Origin: Bilabrum cf. latius
Lineage: Eukaryota
DNA length: 64,000 bases
Assembly (NCBI GenBank): GCA_965178125.1
Contig: OZ237745.1
Location: 868,001 to 932,000 of the forward strand
Direction of reading: 5' to 3'
Shown: piece after piece, positions 36,970-50,800 of the stretch
Layout of the letters: the number at the start of each line of letters is the position of its first letter
Position numbering within the stretch: the stretch's first letter is position 1
The notes under the pieces: model-generated
The model's input: only the letters and a program-made list of their open reading frames with translations
What the model was told of the DNA's origin: nothing
Databases searched by the model: none
Program-made: the position numbers and the translations under genes

Positions 36970-39900
36970 TCAAGAGCGCCCCACCGCAACCCATGCACCT
37001 CGCGATGTTGGGGTTGGTGACCGCTTAGCAACTTGTAGCCTGAGGTCACCCAGGCAATCTCCATCCTCATCGTCCTCGACGGCGTCTCGGTGCTCCTCGC
37101 CCCTCCACCCCATCCTGCCTGCCCCGCCCTAAGATTCACCGGATGTACTACCCCGAGCATCCACCAGAGCACTGGATGATCCGCCCTGGCTTCCTTGATC
37201 GGCCACGCTGCTGCTGCTGCTTCTGCCAGAAGCACCGCGCGGGAGTTGCTGCCTCAGCACCGCCGAGACATTCTTGCCAAAGCCCGACACGTCCATGCTC
37301 GATGATGACGTGCACGAATTTCTGTCCGCCAGACAGTCTTTCGTTGCGCTTACACTACCTGCGCGAGAGAGCATGAGGCCATTCGCATTCTCCTGCTCGC
37401 TGCCGCTAAATACTCCAAGGAGCCGCCGTGCAACCGAGACTCGGGTCGCAGCCACGTCAAAAGCTGGAAGCGCGCATCCGTGCACAAGGACGATGCCGCT
37501 GTCCCCGAGATCCACCGAGGTGGGGGCACCAAGCCCTGCGAGTGGCGGTCGATGCATGGGATCTCGGCCATGCACTGCGCCGTGCACATTCGCAACGACC
37601 GTCGCTGCTTGCTACAGAAAGTGGAGCAGAACCGGCTCTTCCCTCACGAATCCGCGCTTTGTGCCGGTCTTTGCCGCCTTGATTCTCTCCCTACGATTGA
37701 GGGCGATGGCGTCGCGGCACTTAGCTGGGAAGCCGCGGGCAAGCTGACCCACTTCCTGGCTCTGTGCGTAGCAAAACGGGTCCTTCTACTCCTTTGTTGG
37801 CAGCACAGTCGCAACGTCATCCTGCAGAGACCTGGTGGCCACACAGTCCGCTATATTTGGGTCTGAGGGCGAGGCTGGCGAGAAAGCCTCCGTCGTACTG
37901 CTAAACACGCCCTTTCCAGAGCCTGCTGCGCTGCGGTTTTCACGTGGAGCGGACGTTACGTCTGCTTCTTCGCCCCACGCCTCCACCACCTTGCCTCTGG
38001 CCTATTTCGGTTGTCTCGCCCTGATCGCGACGCAGCTGCCTGCTGCAAATACCCGCCGAAGCCCCACCACGCGCATGTCCTGCTCCACCAGCAGCATGCC
38101 TTCCTCGTCCATGCGGGACCTCAAGTGGAGCGCTGCAAAGCCCGTGTCAGGGTTCCCCCTCTCGGCCCAAACGACCGTGTCGGCAGTGATGGTCCTACCC
38201 TATTGCGTAGTTCCCCCGCCTTTGCTCGGCTGCCAGCTGGCAAGAGGGTCGCCCATCACAACCTCCACGCCGTGCCTCTTCAAAGCTTCCATGGCGTGCT
38301 TGGCCGGGTCGATGGCTGGTCGCCTTTGCTGCGAACACCCGACCACGTTGCCAACCAAGCGCCTACTATACTCCATAGATTCAGGTACAGAAGATTCTAA
38401 CCGCTCCCTCGTACCATCCGAATCTTCCCACCTGGCTGCGCTGGAATGAACCGACTGAACACGGCTCTGAACACTGGCTGCCCTGCTCAAAGGGGCGACA
38501 GGAAGCTCAGTGAGATCTGCTGCAGCACCACGGAGGGACTTCTGCTGCACCTTGCAAGGAATCACGCCGCCCTTCACGAAGAGCTCTTCCAGGAGCAGCC
38601 GTGGGTGCTTGGCGTACGGCTCTCTCTCCGAAGTCACCGCGCGTATCACCCTCCTGGCAGTGGAGAACACGGCACCATCGAATTGCTTGGTCGAAGGTTC
38701 GCTATCCCCCGCGCTGCTGCTCGTGCCTGCCTCTCGGCTGCCTTGTCGCACGGTGGAGCTCTGTGCCCGTACCCGAATGCGTGGAGTGCTGGTGCTCGAA
38801 GTGGGGGGCATTCTGTGAGAGCAGAGCTATCCAACAGCCTGGACGCGCTGGGCGCTCCTTGTATACCTCGGAAGCAGCTCCATCGATCTGCTCACCAAGC
38901 AGCACTGGCGCTCCGGAAAACAACGCTTGAACGCAATCGCCAGTTCGATCCCCCCGGCTCCGCCGCCCACCACCAGCAGCGCTTTGGACTTGGTCAGCCC
39001 TTTGCGCAGCAGCTGCTGCTCCTGCTGTCCCTTGGCTGCCAACGAGTACCAAGAGCGACGAGCTGCTTGCTCGGGAGGTACAGTGGGCGCCTGATCGGGG
39101 GCAAGCACGAGAAAGTCATAGGGAATCCGCGCACGCCCCACCTCGATGGCATCAGAGTGGATGCCAACGCAGCTGGTATCCATGACGTTGCCATTCTTCA
39201 CCGTGGCAGCAGCATGGTCGGGGCATCGCAGGCGTCCGAACCAGGAGGCCCGTGCGCGATCCGGGAGCACTCCATGGAGACTCGGCTGGTGCCAGTCCAT
39301 GGTGGTTCTTGATCCGCATACCAGCGTGACGCGGAAGGAAGGGTTCTGGCACAGGCAAAAGGCGGTGACGCAGGCACTCGCAGACGCGCCGACGACCACA
39401 ATTTCGGTCTTGCTGGGCCCAACTGCCCGCTGCATCGTGAGCTCAACCGCGTACTGGCCTCCAGGTTCTGACTCGTTGCTTTCATTCTTTTTGTCCGCAC
39501 CAGCAACTGCCTGCTACTCGCTTCCTGCACATGCTGAAGACGGCCCCCCCTTAGTCTCCTTTTTTTGCATGCCCCTACCGGAACTGGATCCAGAGGTGCT
39601 GGCTCGCTCTGCCTTCAGCTCTTCTTGCAGATGTTTGATGAAGTGAGGCCATACGTTCTGCATGATCACCTTCATGGCAGCGCGTTGGATGGGCTCGAAG
39701 GCAGAGGGGAGCAAAAATCCCCCCTCTCCTATGTCGGCGTCCGACGGGTTGTTGCTGGCTGCTAAGTGTTTGGAGCTGTCACACCTGTCGCGCTTGCTCG
39801 GCCGTTCCACTAGATCACGCGTACTATGCCCAGCTGTCTTCCTGATAACCTGACTTGACTCATCTGCAAGCTGCTTGGACATCTTAGCGCAAGCCCGTAC

Positions 39901-41478
39901 TTGCGACCAGAGGCTCTCAGCGTCAGCCTGCTTCCTGGCTGCTGCGATGTCAACTAGCGAGTACAGGCCCGCAGAGCCGCCCCCCTGGTAGGAAATACCA
40001 CCGAGAAGGGAGCCGCTGTTCCCGCTGACCGATAGATCATCCGAGCATCCGATGCTCTGCATGGCTTGGACCAGAACGGATTCCGACTTCTTCTTGGCTT
40101 GCGGGGGTGCTGCTGGGCGCTTGGACCCTGCTGCACCGCTGTCCCCGCTGCTGGATCTATTCTGTGCTCCTTGCCCCTTCACAGTGTCTGCTTCACTCAA
40201 GACCGGCGAGGTGATCCCCAGCCGCGCCTGCACTGCTGCCGCAACACGAGCCCTGCCTGCCGGAGACATTTGCGCTGGTCCCCTGGCAACATCGAATTGA
40301 CTGCCTCGCTGCAGACGGGCTTCGAAGCCATCGCCATGCGCGCTGCCGATCGGTCGGGTACGAGTTGGCTAAAAATCAATCCTATTCATTGCAAAGGGTT
40401 CGGTCTGTCTCGCGGCCATGCTAAAAGCGCTCGCAGCATGCTGTTCTCCATGGTGCTGCACCCTGGCGTGGTTTCGGTGCGGCCCACGACCGCGTGATAT
40501 GCCTGTTGCCAAGCTGGACGAAGCCTTAGGAAGCACGCTTGGAGATGCCTCTGTGTTAAAGCTTGTAGCTGATACTATTCGGTTGTCTTGTCTATCGTGT
40601 GACAGCATGGAAGGCGCGATTGCCCGCTATCCGCTGCCAGTTGCTGTGGCAAATTCTGCGTCCGCTGCCGTGGGATCATAGATTGCCCGAAAGTGGGTGC
40701 GTTTTCCCTAAAAACTCGACACAATTAGCACATTAGTCTCTGAGGAATCGCTGTGCCTGTGTGCGCTGCCCTACGCTGCCCCAGGGGATACTTCAGCTCG
40801 GTCCTCGATCGATAAACTGGTGGCATCGACAATGGCAGACCACCCTGTCCCTCCGAGCGGCACAACCTCGGCACCGTCTGCCTTGGCCAACATTATGGAT
40901 CTTTTAATCAGTGGCGCCACATCTAGCATGAGCATCGCCGACTTGTTCTAGCTCAAATTCGCACCAATCGCCGGGATGTCTCCACCGTATCGCGCTAGCA
41001 TCGCAGCATGCAACAGACCACACAGCTGCTGATAGCTTCGCATAACATGCGTGCGAACTTGATCAGATATATTTAGCTGCATCGGTGCGCGCTTGATCAC
41101 GTACTGCTCCACTAGGTACTGCGAGCAGGCACGCACAACCTGAACGATTCTCTTCTACCTGCCTCCGGTTATTCTTTGTGGTTCTCGAGCATCAGCATGG
41201 ACCGCAATAGATTGATGCAATCTTGAATAGCGTAAGAAATCGATGTACGCAAGCACGCTATCTTCGCAGTGCAATTTGGCTGCTATTCTAAGCAAGCGCG
41301 AACGCAACGAATGAAAGCGCGAAACTCCGGTCAGGCTGACATCAGAAAGACTCAGAGCCGCTGTCGTAGGCAGCATGTACCTCTCTCCCGCCATGGAGCC
41401 ATCTTCATCATGGTCAGCTTGCCCAGCACCCACCGCATCGTTTGGATGTGTAGTAGTAGTGGAGGGACAGCAGCCCAT
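36970..41478 (-). CDS. Lipid-anchored RGS-domain plus AIFM2/FSP1-like flavoprotein fusion, ~1500 aa
   Basis: Single frame from MGCCPS (ATG 41478) to TGA 36970 with 13 TAG and no internal TAA/TGA. RGS motifs HCEDSVLAY, EQYVIKRAPMQLNIS, FEPIQ..MQNVWPHF. Flavoprotein motifs IVVVGA, IPYDFLVLA, LVVGGGAGGIELA, GMLLVEQDMRVVGLRRVFAAG. A further 3' exon (36837-36647) is possible. Confidence 0.75.
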
Positions 41479-41846
41479 GACGACGCCAATACCGCAAAAT
41501 GAAGGAGCGAACCTCTTAACTTGAAATTTTGTACTCAACCGTGTCTTTTTGCGCAAACTTGCTTCCTCAAATCCAGACTAGTACGAATACTCTTAGAGAA
41601 AAGTTGAAGCGCAGTTTACTTCACTTGTGACGCAGTCGGTGCCACAAGTGGTCGCAAGATGGCACAGAACGTTCATGAACACAACCAAAAACGCTCGATC
41701 CATAATCGCCATTCCAGCCCACTAAGCAAGCATTTAGGACAAAATGGCAGGATTTCTACCTGCTAGTCACGAATCAATGACTAAGTGAGTACCAAGGACA
41801 AGCTATGCAACTCGCAGCCACAACCTGTGTGACCCCTTGTGCTAAA

Positions 41847-44800
41847 TCAGACTCTCTCCGGAGCCCTCGGACGCCGCCGCCCGGGAGGCACACGACGGCC
41901 CATGGATCCAGGACTAGACCCTACCCCGCTATGACCAATGGCCTTGCTATCTTCTGCAATCGCTGCCTACGCTTGGCCGCCATGGTTCTCGGCTCCATGG
42001 GGCGAAGCGTCACTGAAGCCGGACCTGTCAGCGTTCGGGCCCGCATCTTCACCAACACGGCCATGGTCATTTCCGCTGGCCCCAGCACCAGCAGGGCCAC
42101 TCCGTGCATTCATTGCACTTGCCCACCGCAGTCCAGTAGGGCCTGTAGTTTTCTCAAGCTTCACAAGCTCCGCCTCATTGCGCCTCATCCTCTCGCGCAT
42201 CTCGAAGTACCCGGCCCACACCGCATACGCAAGGAACACCGCATTGATCGCGATCAGGAACAGCGTTGCAAGGACTCGCACGCCGTCACCGAGCCTGCCC
42301 GTGTTCAAGAACAGCCCAGCAAGCAGGCTGAGAACGGCAACATCGAGGCTGAGCTCGTCCAAGTGATTCAATGTGTCGCTGACGTACGGCTGAGTGCGGC
42401 TGTGGATGGCACGAAATATCACGTAAACAGCAGCACTCGCAAATGCTTGCATGTCTGGACCCAGAGGCTGCAGCGTGACACCAGCCACAGCGCTGAGCGT
42501 CTTGCGAGCGATAATCACGGCCTCATTGAAGTAGTACTCGTGCTTGTAGGAACTGTAAAAGAAGCCTAGGGAGCGTCTCAGCTGGCCGGTGCGCAGCTCG
42601 TCTCTCCTTAGCGTGAGCAGTCCTACAACCACCAAAGGGATGCCAGCTGTCCAAAGGACGAGGGCAGGCACGGCAACAGCCAGAACGAAGCCACTGTGTG
42701 GCTCCTCAAAGCATCGCACGGACAGGTCCTCCACGAGGTACCTCTGCCCGCCCTCAACGATTGTCTTACATGTGAGCAGCTGCAAGGCCGTCCTGGTCAG
42801 CAGAGTGTGCAGCAGGAAGAGAACGACCCCAACCGATAGAATCCACTTCTCTGGAATCCTGTCCAGCTGCTTCTCCAGCTTCTTTCTCGCTTGACGCATT
42901 GCATTGTGGCGAGTAAGATTGCGTGCGATTGCTGCCTTGGCGCTTCCTGAACCGCCAGAGCTGGCTGCTGCCGCTGCGGCTGCTGCCGCTTCATGCTCCA
43001 GTCCTAGGTCTCTACGAAGAGCCCGGATCCTCCTGTGGATATCGTCCGGGTCCACCAAGGCTCCTCGACGCGACCTGTCGCCAGTAGCCTCTGCGGAACC
43101 AGTCGAGTTATCAGAGTCAGTGGACTCTTCCACTGATTCTTCTTCGCTCTCGGCAGCACCCTCCGAGGTGGTCAAAGACGCCAAAGATGAAGGCGGCTAG
43201 GGCTGCCCGTGGACGAGCAAGCCCCCTCTCCTGCGGCTGCTTCCCTGCGCCAGCGGGTTCTCTTGATGCAGGGAATACTCGGTGCGGCGCTGCGCTGACG
43301 CAGCTGACATAATCCTACCATGTGTGCTAGAAGCGCTGAAGCTGCCGCCACCCGTGAGTATCTGAAGCACGGAACGTCGTCTGGAATTTCTTGGCGGTCT
43401 AGATCCTGACGCAGGGGCGTCCTGCCCTGGTGCGCCTACTTGACCTGACTACGGCACCTGACTAGATACACTACCACGGCCAACTTGCCCAGGCTCGTAT
43501 GGTAGCGTGGACTGCAAGTAAAAGTATGCCCCGACCCAGAACCCGGTGATAATGAGGGCAAGCGCGAAGGGAACTACCTCGATCAGGGTTGCAGACACTA
43601 GCCACTTCGTGCGTGAATCCCCCTGCTGCGTCCCATCGTCCACAGCGCACTCGAATGTAATCATGTTCATCCCCGCAGACGAGGTCGCATCGAAACCCTC
43701 GAACATGGCTAGCACGCTTCTGGGCCACTGCAGTTCAAACGCGGCAGCGAGAGAGATCTGCTGCAAGTGATTCACCAGAATTTTGGCAATGCCGACATGA
43801 GTTGCGGATGCATGCCCCCGGCTGCGAATAGAGCTGTATATGGCCAAGGACAAGCCGCATACGCAAAGAAGTGCAAGGAGCAAGCCAAGCGCTGCGGTAA
43901 TTCCTCGTGGTGGACACTCATCACAACCTTGCGCAGGAGACCACGAAAATCCATCAGTACATGACGCGCACAGCGGGCCAGTGTACCCGGCTCCGCACTG
44001 AGTGCTGTGTTCCCACAGCTGACGCACCGCCGCCCTTGTCTGAGCGGCAGCAGCACGACCAATCACTGCGTCGAGTGCAGCACCTGGCCTGAGAGCGGCT
44101 TCTATGAGCGCCTCGTGCCGACTTGCTGGTGCTCGAGTCGTGTCGCTGTTGTTGCCGGCGGCACCTGCACCTGGGTTCTACAGCTGCCTAGCCGTGCTGC
44201 CTGCTGCTGATCCATATGCTGAAGATACTAACAGCGTTGGATTGGCTGCCAGATCAGCTAGTGATAGCCCACTCATCGATCCATTGCGAATGAATGACTC
44301 CATCGTCGGCGGTACAATCGACAGTGCCTCGCTGTTGGAGCTGTTGACTGGTTTACCGGAACTCAGTACTTGGTCGCTAGCATGCAGACCAACGCGCTCG
44401 CGGACGCCGGCAACAGCCGACTGCAGGCTGGCAATTCCATCGATCACCATTTGTGCATCGTCACCGTTCCACCCGTCGCACCTTTGGACAGAATCGACGC
44501 CGCTGCATGGGACAAACACTGGCAAGACTCCATCACCATCAGCCGGAAACCACTGATATCCAGCGAGAGGCACAATCTCATGCTCTAGGTCGCCGCTGCA
44601 GAATGCCCCTTCTGGGCACGGATTGCACCTGACGGCGTCAAACTTTTCTGTGTTTGAGCGAAGGAACTGACCCAATGCTGCTGCCGATTCATCAAACGCG
44701 AATTGTGATGGGCGGCGACCTAAGCGCAGGACGTCTGCACTCGGGGTCAGGCACCTGGGCAGCACGGGGGCACTCCACGAAGACCATGGCCCTTCCAATC

Positions 44801-47800
44801 CAAATATGTTGCGAAACCTGGATCGAAGCACCACGGAACCCTCGGGTATCCCAAACAACTGAACTTGCACCGTCTGCATCTGCCACAGAACACCTCCGAT
44901 GGTTGTCTTGCGGCTGTCGGTCACGCTGTCCCCGAACTGCTCGACTAGCCTGTCGTCTGCTGACGGAGACAATGCCGGATCTGTCAGGTTCGCAGAGCTT
45001 AAGTCGGCATACTGGATGACCAACGACGTTGGGACATCGTTTTCAGAATCAGATTTTGCCAGTACGCCACCAAGCTGCTGCGAATCTTGCTCTGGAGCGC
45101 CCCCACTTGCAGCTGGGAATGCCACGAGCACCTCCACCACGATTTGATCGTGCACCCCGCGCTACTTGGCACCTTGCACCGCCACAGGCCGTAAACCCGG
45201 CGGCCTTGCACTTACGACGAAACTGAAAGCCGAGCTGTCGGACGTGGATGAGACGTGCCCACCTGCAGTGATGACCACAACATTGAAGTCCAGCGTAGAG
45301 AAAAACGGTGCTAGATCCTCCGTAAAGGAGGGAATCTAGCACTGCCACTATAATGATGGGACATCTTCGCTTGGCTGTTGGCACTGGATCCGGACAAGGA
45401 CAGAATCATCAGCCGACCAGTCACCAGCCGTCTTGTTGGTGCTATTGAGCCAGACCGAAACTGCAGCTTCCCTGTCGCCAAAGCGGCCATTTTCCATTAG
45501 TCCAGCCGCATCTGCTGCACCAGCTGTGCTAAAGGCGGTCAAAAATATGCCCACGAGCTCTTTGCTGCCAGTCCCGAGGTTCTACCCGCTGACCAGGAGA
45601 TCCGTCCCCCCGGCTGCGCCCGTTGTGGGACTGACTCGCAGTACGCGGGGAGGGCCAACTATCGCAACAGAGGTAGACGCCACAACAGTCACGTTGCTGC
45701 TCGATCCTTCTCCACGGTACCTAATGGAGTCTGCTACCTGCCCGCCCACGACTAGCTCGGCTGGAAACGTTGCGATCTCTCCCGCGCCCACGGTCTGCAA
45801 GCCCAAGTCCACGCCATCGCAGCGGAGTTGGCTTGTGGCACCCCGGGGGATCTCAGCAATGACCGAAGTACCTTCGACCGGCTCGGGTGGCTGCACCCTG
45901 CCGAATCGCTCGTCATCCGCAACGAGCAGCGACAGGTTCGAAGTGCAGTCGATGCCAGCAACTAGCACAGCATGCGCCGTCTTGTTCTCGCCCGTGCTAA
46001 GATCCTCAAATCGGTTTCCTGGCAGCATGGCAGATCGTGCGCCCAGATTTTCGCCCAAAAGATCAAACGCCTGATATCTCGCCAGGAGTTTGGCCGCACC
46101 CTGCACCGGCAGCTGTGCATCGGCAAGCCCTGCACCTCTGTCGGTCGATGATCGACTGAATACAATGGAGGGCACAACAGCAAACATTCCTGGACGATCG
46201 TAGTCCACCACACTCGTTGCAGCAGTGGATTTTCCTTGTATTGCGGCCTGGACCGGGAATACGCGGATCCCAGCTCCGATCGATGCAGGGATACGAACTT
46301 GCCTCTGCGCGTGACCAACGCCCGCAACTTCAACTGGCTCGCTGGAGATTGACACCTTGCCAAACTAGAGGTAGAGCGGACTTATGTCCATGCCAAGGCT
46401 TGTGCCACCAACAGTCACAATGCCTCCGACTGTTGGCATCGTAAACGGCAAAATCGAGTTGATGAGTGGCGGAGCCTGCTCGATTCGGGTTCGGATCAGG
46501 CTGTCATCAGCAACCTGCTTACCATCCAATTCGTTCGCAATGCTCCAGTCGACAGGGCTCAAGGTAGTGTTGCCCAGAGTAACTCGAAAGAACGGCTGCT
46601 GGTACCCCCGCACTCGGACAGAAACGGTTATGTTGCGCCCCAGCACTTCGGGAAGGATACATGTAAGTCCTCTGTTGGCGAACACGTATGCAGGTTCCAG
46701 GCAAGTGCTCGTTTCTCCTGTGGCTGGGATACCGATCGAAACGTCATCGACAGCGGCGATGAAGTTCTTGGCGGGGTCGAGAGAGACGTACATTCCATCC
46801 CCACCGAGGACAAGACGCTGACCACCGCCCGAAGATAGCAGCAGCACCGGCGGTGACCTTGCGTCTCCAGGGGGCGCAGTGCACCCTCGCTACACAAACC
46901 CCGCTTCGTTCAACACTTCACGGGCGCCAAGAGCGTAGATGCAGTATATTTCGGGACTTCTGTACTAAAACTCTACCCATCTACCGAATCGAGTCCGAGA
47001 CACGGCTATCGGCAAGGCGCCATCAGGCTGCCCCTGGACGCGTAGCTTCACGGAAACTCGGGCGTCTTGCGCGTATCCAGCAGGCATTCCTACGCAAATA
47101 ATTGTCTAGCTGGTCACCACTGTTGCAGAATCACACTATCGCACTTCATCTCTCTGCCCAAGATCGATCGTTTGTATCTCGACCTACACGGACACCAGCT
47201 CGCCACCGGTCGGAAACCCAAACCCAGAAATCGTGACTGGATAGCCGCCCCCTCTTCTGCCAGAGGCGGGCATCACCGAGGTCAAGTACGCTGGCTCATA
47301 GTTCACCATGACTGGATTGGCTTCACTGCTGCCACCCGGGCTACCCGGACGCAGGCGGCCTTCCCTCTCTAGATGCACCTCCACTTGAGCCTGGCTCAAA
47401 GCACCCCGCGGCGTGACCGCGCGAAGGTGAAACACGGGAAGTGTTCCTTGTGCAGGAGTTATCGTTCCAATAGGGAGAAGAATCGTGCGAGTGTCCAATG
47501 TGACCCGTGTGTCCCACCACACTCTTGAGCAAGGCTTGCCTCTTATTGTCACAGAGACTGGCCTTGGGAGCACGCCAAGCTGAACGAGGGCCGTGGCATT
47601 CACCTGCTCCGTTGGTAGTCCCATAAGCACTGATATTGCTTCATGCGCAAAAGGGTCGTCATACACTGGGATGTCGATGGTGTCCCCTCCGTCAGGGTCC
47701 AGATTGGGCGACAATGTCGACAGAGCCGAGCCAAGCGAGCGACTTGCAAGAGTTGGTTGCCCAAACGTGAAACCCGTCACGCAAGGCAACCTAGACTTAG

Positions 47801-50800
47801 TTTCAAATCCACCGATGACTCGTGGAACAAATCGGTCATCGCCTGTGTACTCGGCAAACGAATCCGCGGAATCGTGCTGGGGGCTCTGCCGTGCTGGCCA
47901 CACTAGCTGCTGCATCGCAGTGCTTTCATTAGACACCGCAGCTGGCAGAATCCTTCTCTTGCATAAACGCATATCTGAAGGTTCTTGCACCGCAACACCA
48001 GCTGGCAAGAGGCACGACTCTTCCAAGCCGAGCATGGACATTCCTAGCCAGCTATAAACCTCGATGCTGTCATCTTCATCTACATCGTGTGATGACAGCA
48101 CTGCATTGCAGCTGGGCTCAATCGAGGCAGTATACACGCGGACTGGGCGGCCAGCAAAGAGCTGCACTTGTTTCAGCGACGATGTTCGTGATAGCGCTGA
48201 CACAGCAGACCCAGACAAATCGAGCAGCGACAGTGGCACTGGCGCGGACGCCAGGGCACCTGGTTCCAACCCAACTATGTTGGAGCCTCGCAAGTGCAAA
48301 GACGAGGAGAAGTGATAGGAGCAATCCTCCAGTACATACACATCTGGTTCACCACTTGTGCGATCCCATAGCCCGGACAAGTCCCGCACCAGCTTTGCGC
48401 TCTCCAGGCTGCCGTACCCTGGACGCATGCAGCAGCCGTGGTTCCACTGAGGACCAGCTCGGGCCCAGTCCGCCGGGCTATCGTCGTCTCCAATACGATA
48501 CGTAGGTAGCCCGCATTGATTGTTGTTGCACTGCCCGAAGAAAACAGTGCGCGAGTCAGACCGTAGCACGGCAACATGATCTGTGCCCATTGCCACGCCG
48601 ACAGCATCAGCACCCACCCTGAGCTCTAAGGCGACTGCTGGCAGCGACGATCTCCCCGGAGCATCGTATGGTTGCCGAAGAATTTGTTGACTCAGACCAA
48701 AGCAAAGCACGCGCCTAAATGGCTTGGTACTATTTGACGGGTCGTCGTTCCATCGTCCTGCGGAAGGCGCTACAATCACGCAGTGACCGTAGCTATTCAC
48801 CGAGCCAGAAAGAACTCTGACAGCCTGCCCGCGGTTGAATTGCACGTCACCGAATGAGAATATTTTGCGGGGGTTTCCAAAGCCAATCCAGTGAGAGGAC
48901 TAACCGTGCAGCCCCGAGCCCCAGCAACGCAAACCACCGCTTGGTGCAATAATAGCACACGCTGTCCCGCTACCTCCGGCATACACTCTAGCAACTCGCA
49001 TACCTCTGAAAAACTCTAACGGAGATAGAATCGGCACATAATCTGATCCAAGCTCAGCAGGGTCCTCGTCGTCCCCTAGATTGGTGCCAAATCGGCTCTG
49101 CGCCTCGCTCATGCCCAGCATGGTCCCCGAGCCAAACGTCCGGACAACGCCACCTGTCAGCAGCGCCACGACGGAGCCTGAATTCATTGCAATCTGTTCA
49201 ACGACTTTGCCATCAGTTGTCATGTTCACTATGTTTTGCCGCAGAGTTGCACCATACTGCACTTCCCGGCTCGGTCCAAGGCCGCAATTCGTACCTAGTT
49301 GACACTATCCGAAGCAAAGTAGCTGACCGTCTTGCCGCAAGATGCACGTTGACTATACATCGGTTGTTACAACTTGCTTGACAGGGCCCCCAACGGGAAG
49401 GAATCGAGCTTCTCTTGGCTCTCTTCTCAGCCCCGTGTCCGCCACGCCAAGCTGCTTGGCCTGGTTGTATCCCCAGCAGATAGCACCGCTTGTTGCCCCC
49501 GCAGAGGCATTCTTTAGGACAGCACAGCCGTGTCTTTTAGAGATTGACAAATCCGATACTCTGCCAAACGCACGCCAGGGAGTTTCCGAGGCAAGCGCAA
49601 CCTGCAGCCCGTCACTCTCAGCAGCGGCGACCAAGTCGATGTCACCAAGCGAAGCAGGCGAGGTGCCGAGCGGCATCTTGGTGACAGACGGCTGGTGCAG
49701 CGTGCTCCTCCAGAAGGCCTTTGGGGCATGCTTGCCGGCCTGGTGGTAGGAATGATCACCTACGCACCTGACCCTCCCGTTCGACATGATCACACAGGTG
49801 ACACCATCCGCAGCGTGAACAGACACGGGGTAGGCAGGCGCTACCATGCCTGGGGGGCACTCGATATTGCCAGGGGGTGGCACCCACGCCGGTGCAGCCA
49901 ACAGCTGGTAAGGTCTCTTCACCTCTGCGCCCTTGAATGATACGGTTGCAACGCTCGGTCTTGTGCTACTGCCTTCCGGCTGCGTTGCATTGGCCCAGTC
50001 AGATCGCAGGTACTCAGCCCCTACATCAGACACCAGAGTTGCACCGTGGGCAGCTTGCGGAGAGACTATCGTCGCCTCCCCCATGCCTTGCGCTACCATT
50101 AGTCCATCCGAATTCTATAGGAAGCAGACGATCTTGGTAGACGGGAAGTCTTGCACACTCTCGAAATCTCGTCTCTGCAATGGTGCGGTGCAGTCGCTGT
50201 TGAGAGCCTCGGAGTCCCAGCTGTCAGCGCCAGTAAGTCGGCTGCGTAGCACCCATGAAGGCATGCTGGTGCTCATATCAGCAGTTGCGAGCAGCTGGCG
50301 CGCAAATGTCGTGTTCTTGACCAAGAGAACGCACATCCTCGCCTCTTCGTAATTGCGATTGCCAGCTGCTTGCACCGCGAGGTAGCCCCTCGGGAGGCCG
50401 ACTAAGCTAGCAACAAACGCGTGCACCCCCCCATTGTCTCCATTTTCCTCCGGTATTGCGCTGTTTCGAGGGAACAGCAGCGGGTCCGGTTGCCCACGGC
50501 CACCAGTACCGGCCGGCCTGTACCCAAATACGCGAAGTCGCCCGTCGCGCGTGATCACCATTGTGCCCATGTCTGCCCGCGTTGCTCGAACGTACAGGAG
50601 ATTGCTATCCATGCCATCTCCAGCACCAGTACCGTTGTGAATAGAGCGTAGGTCCACCGGAGGCTCTAGCCTGGGCTCGAGGATGTCCTCGTGTTCGGCT
50701 TGCACCATGTCTTTCTTGCCCCACGGAACTAACTAGCCAGTTGACAGCACTGCCGCCAGCCCTTCCCCTGCACCAGTAGTCACGCCAACGATATACACTG

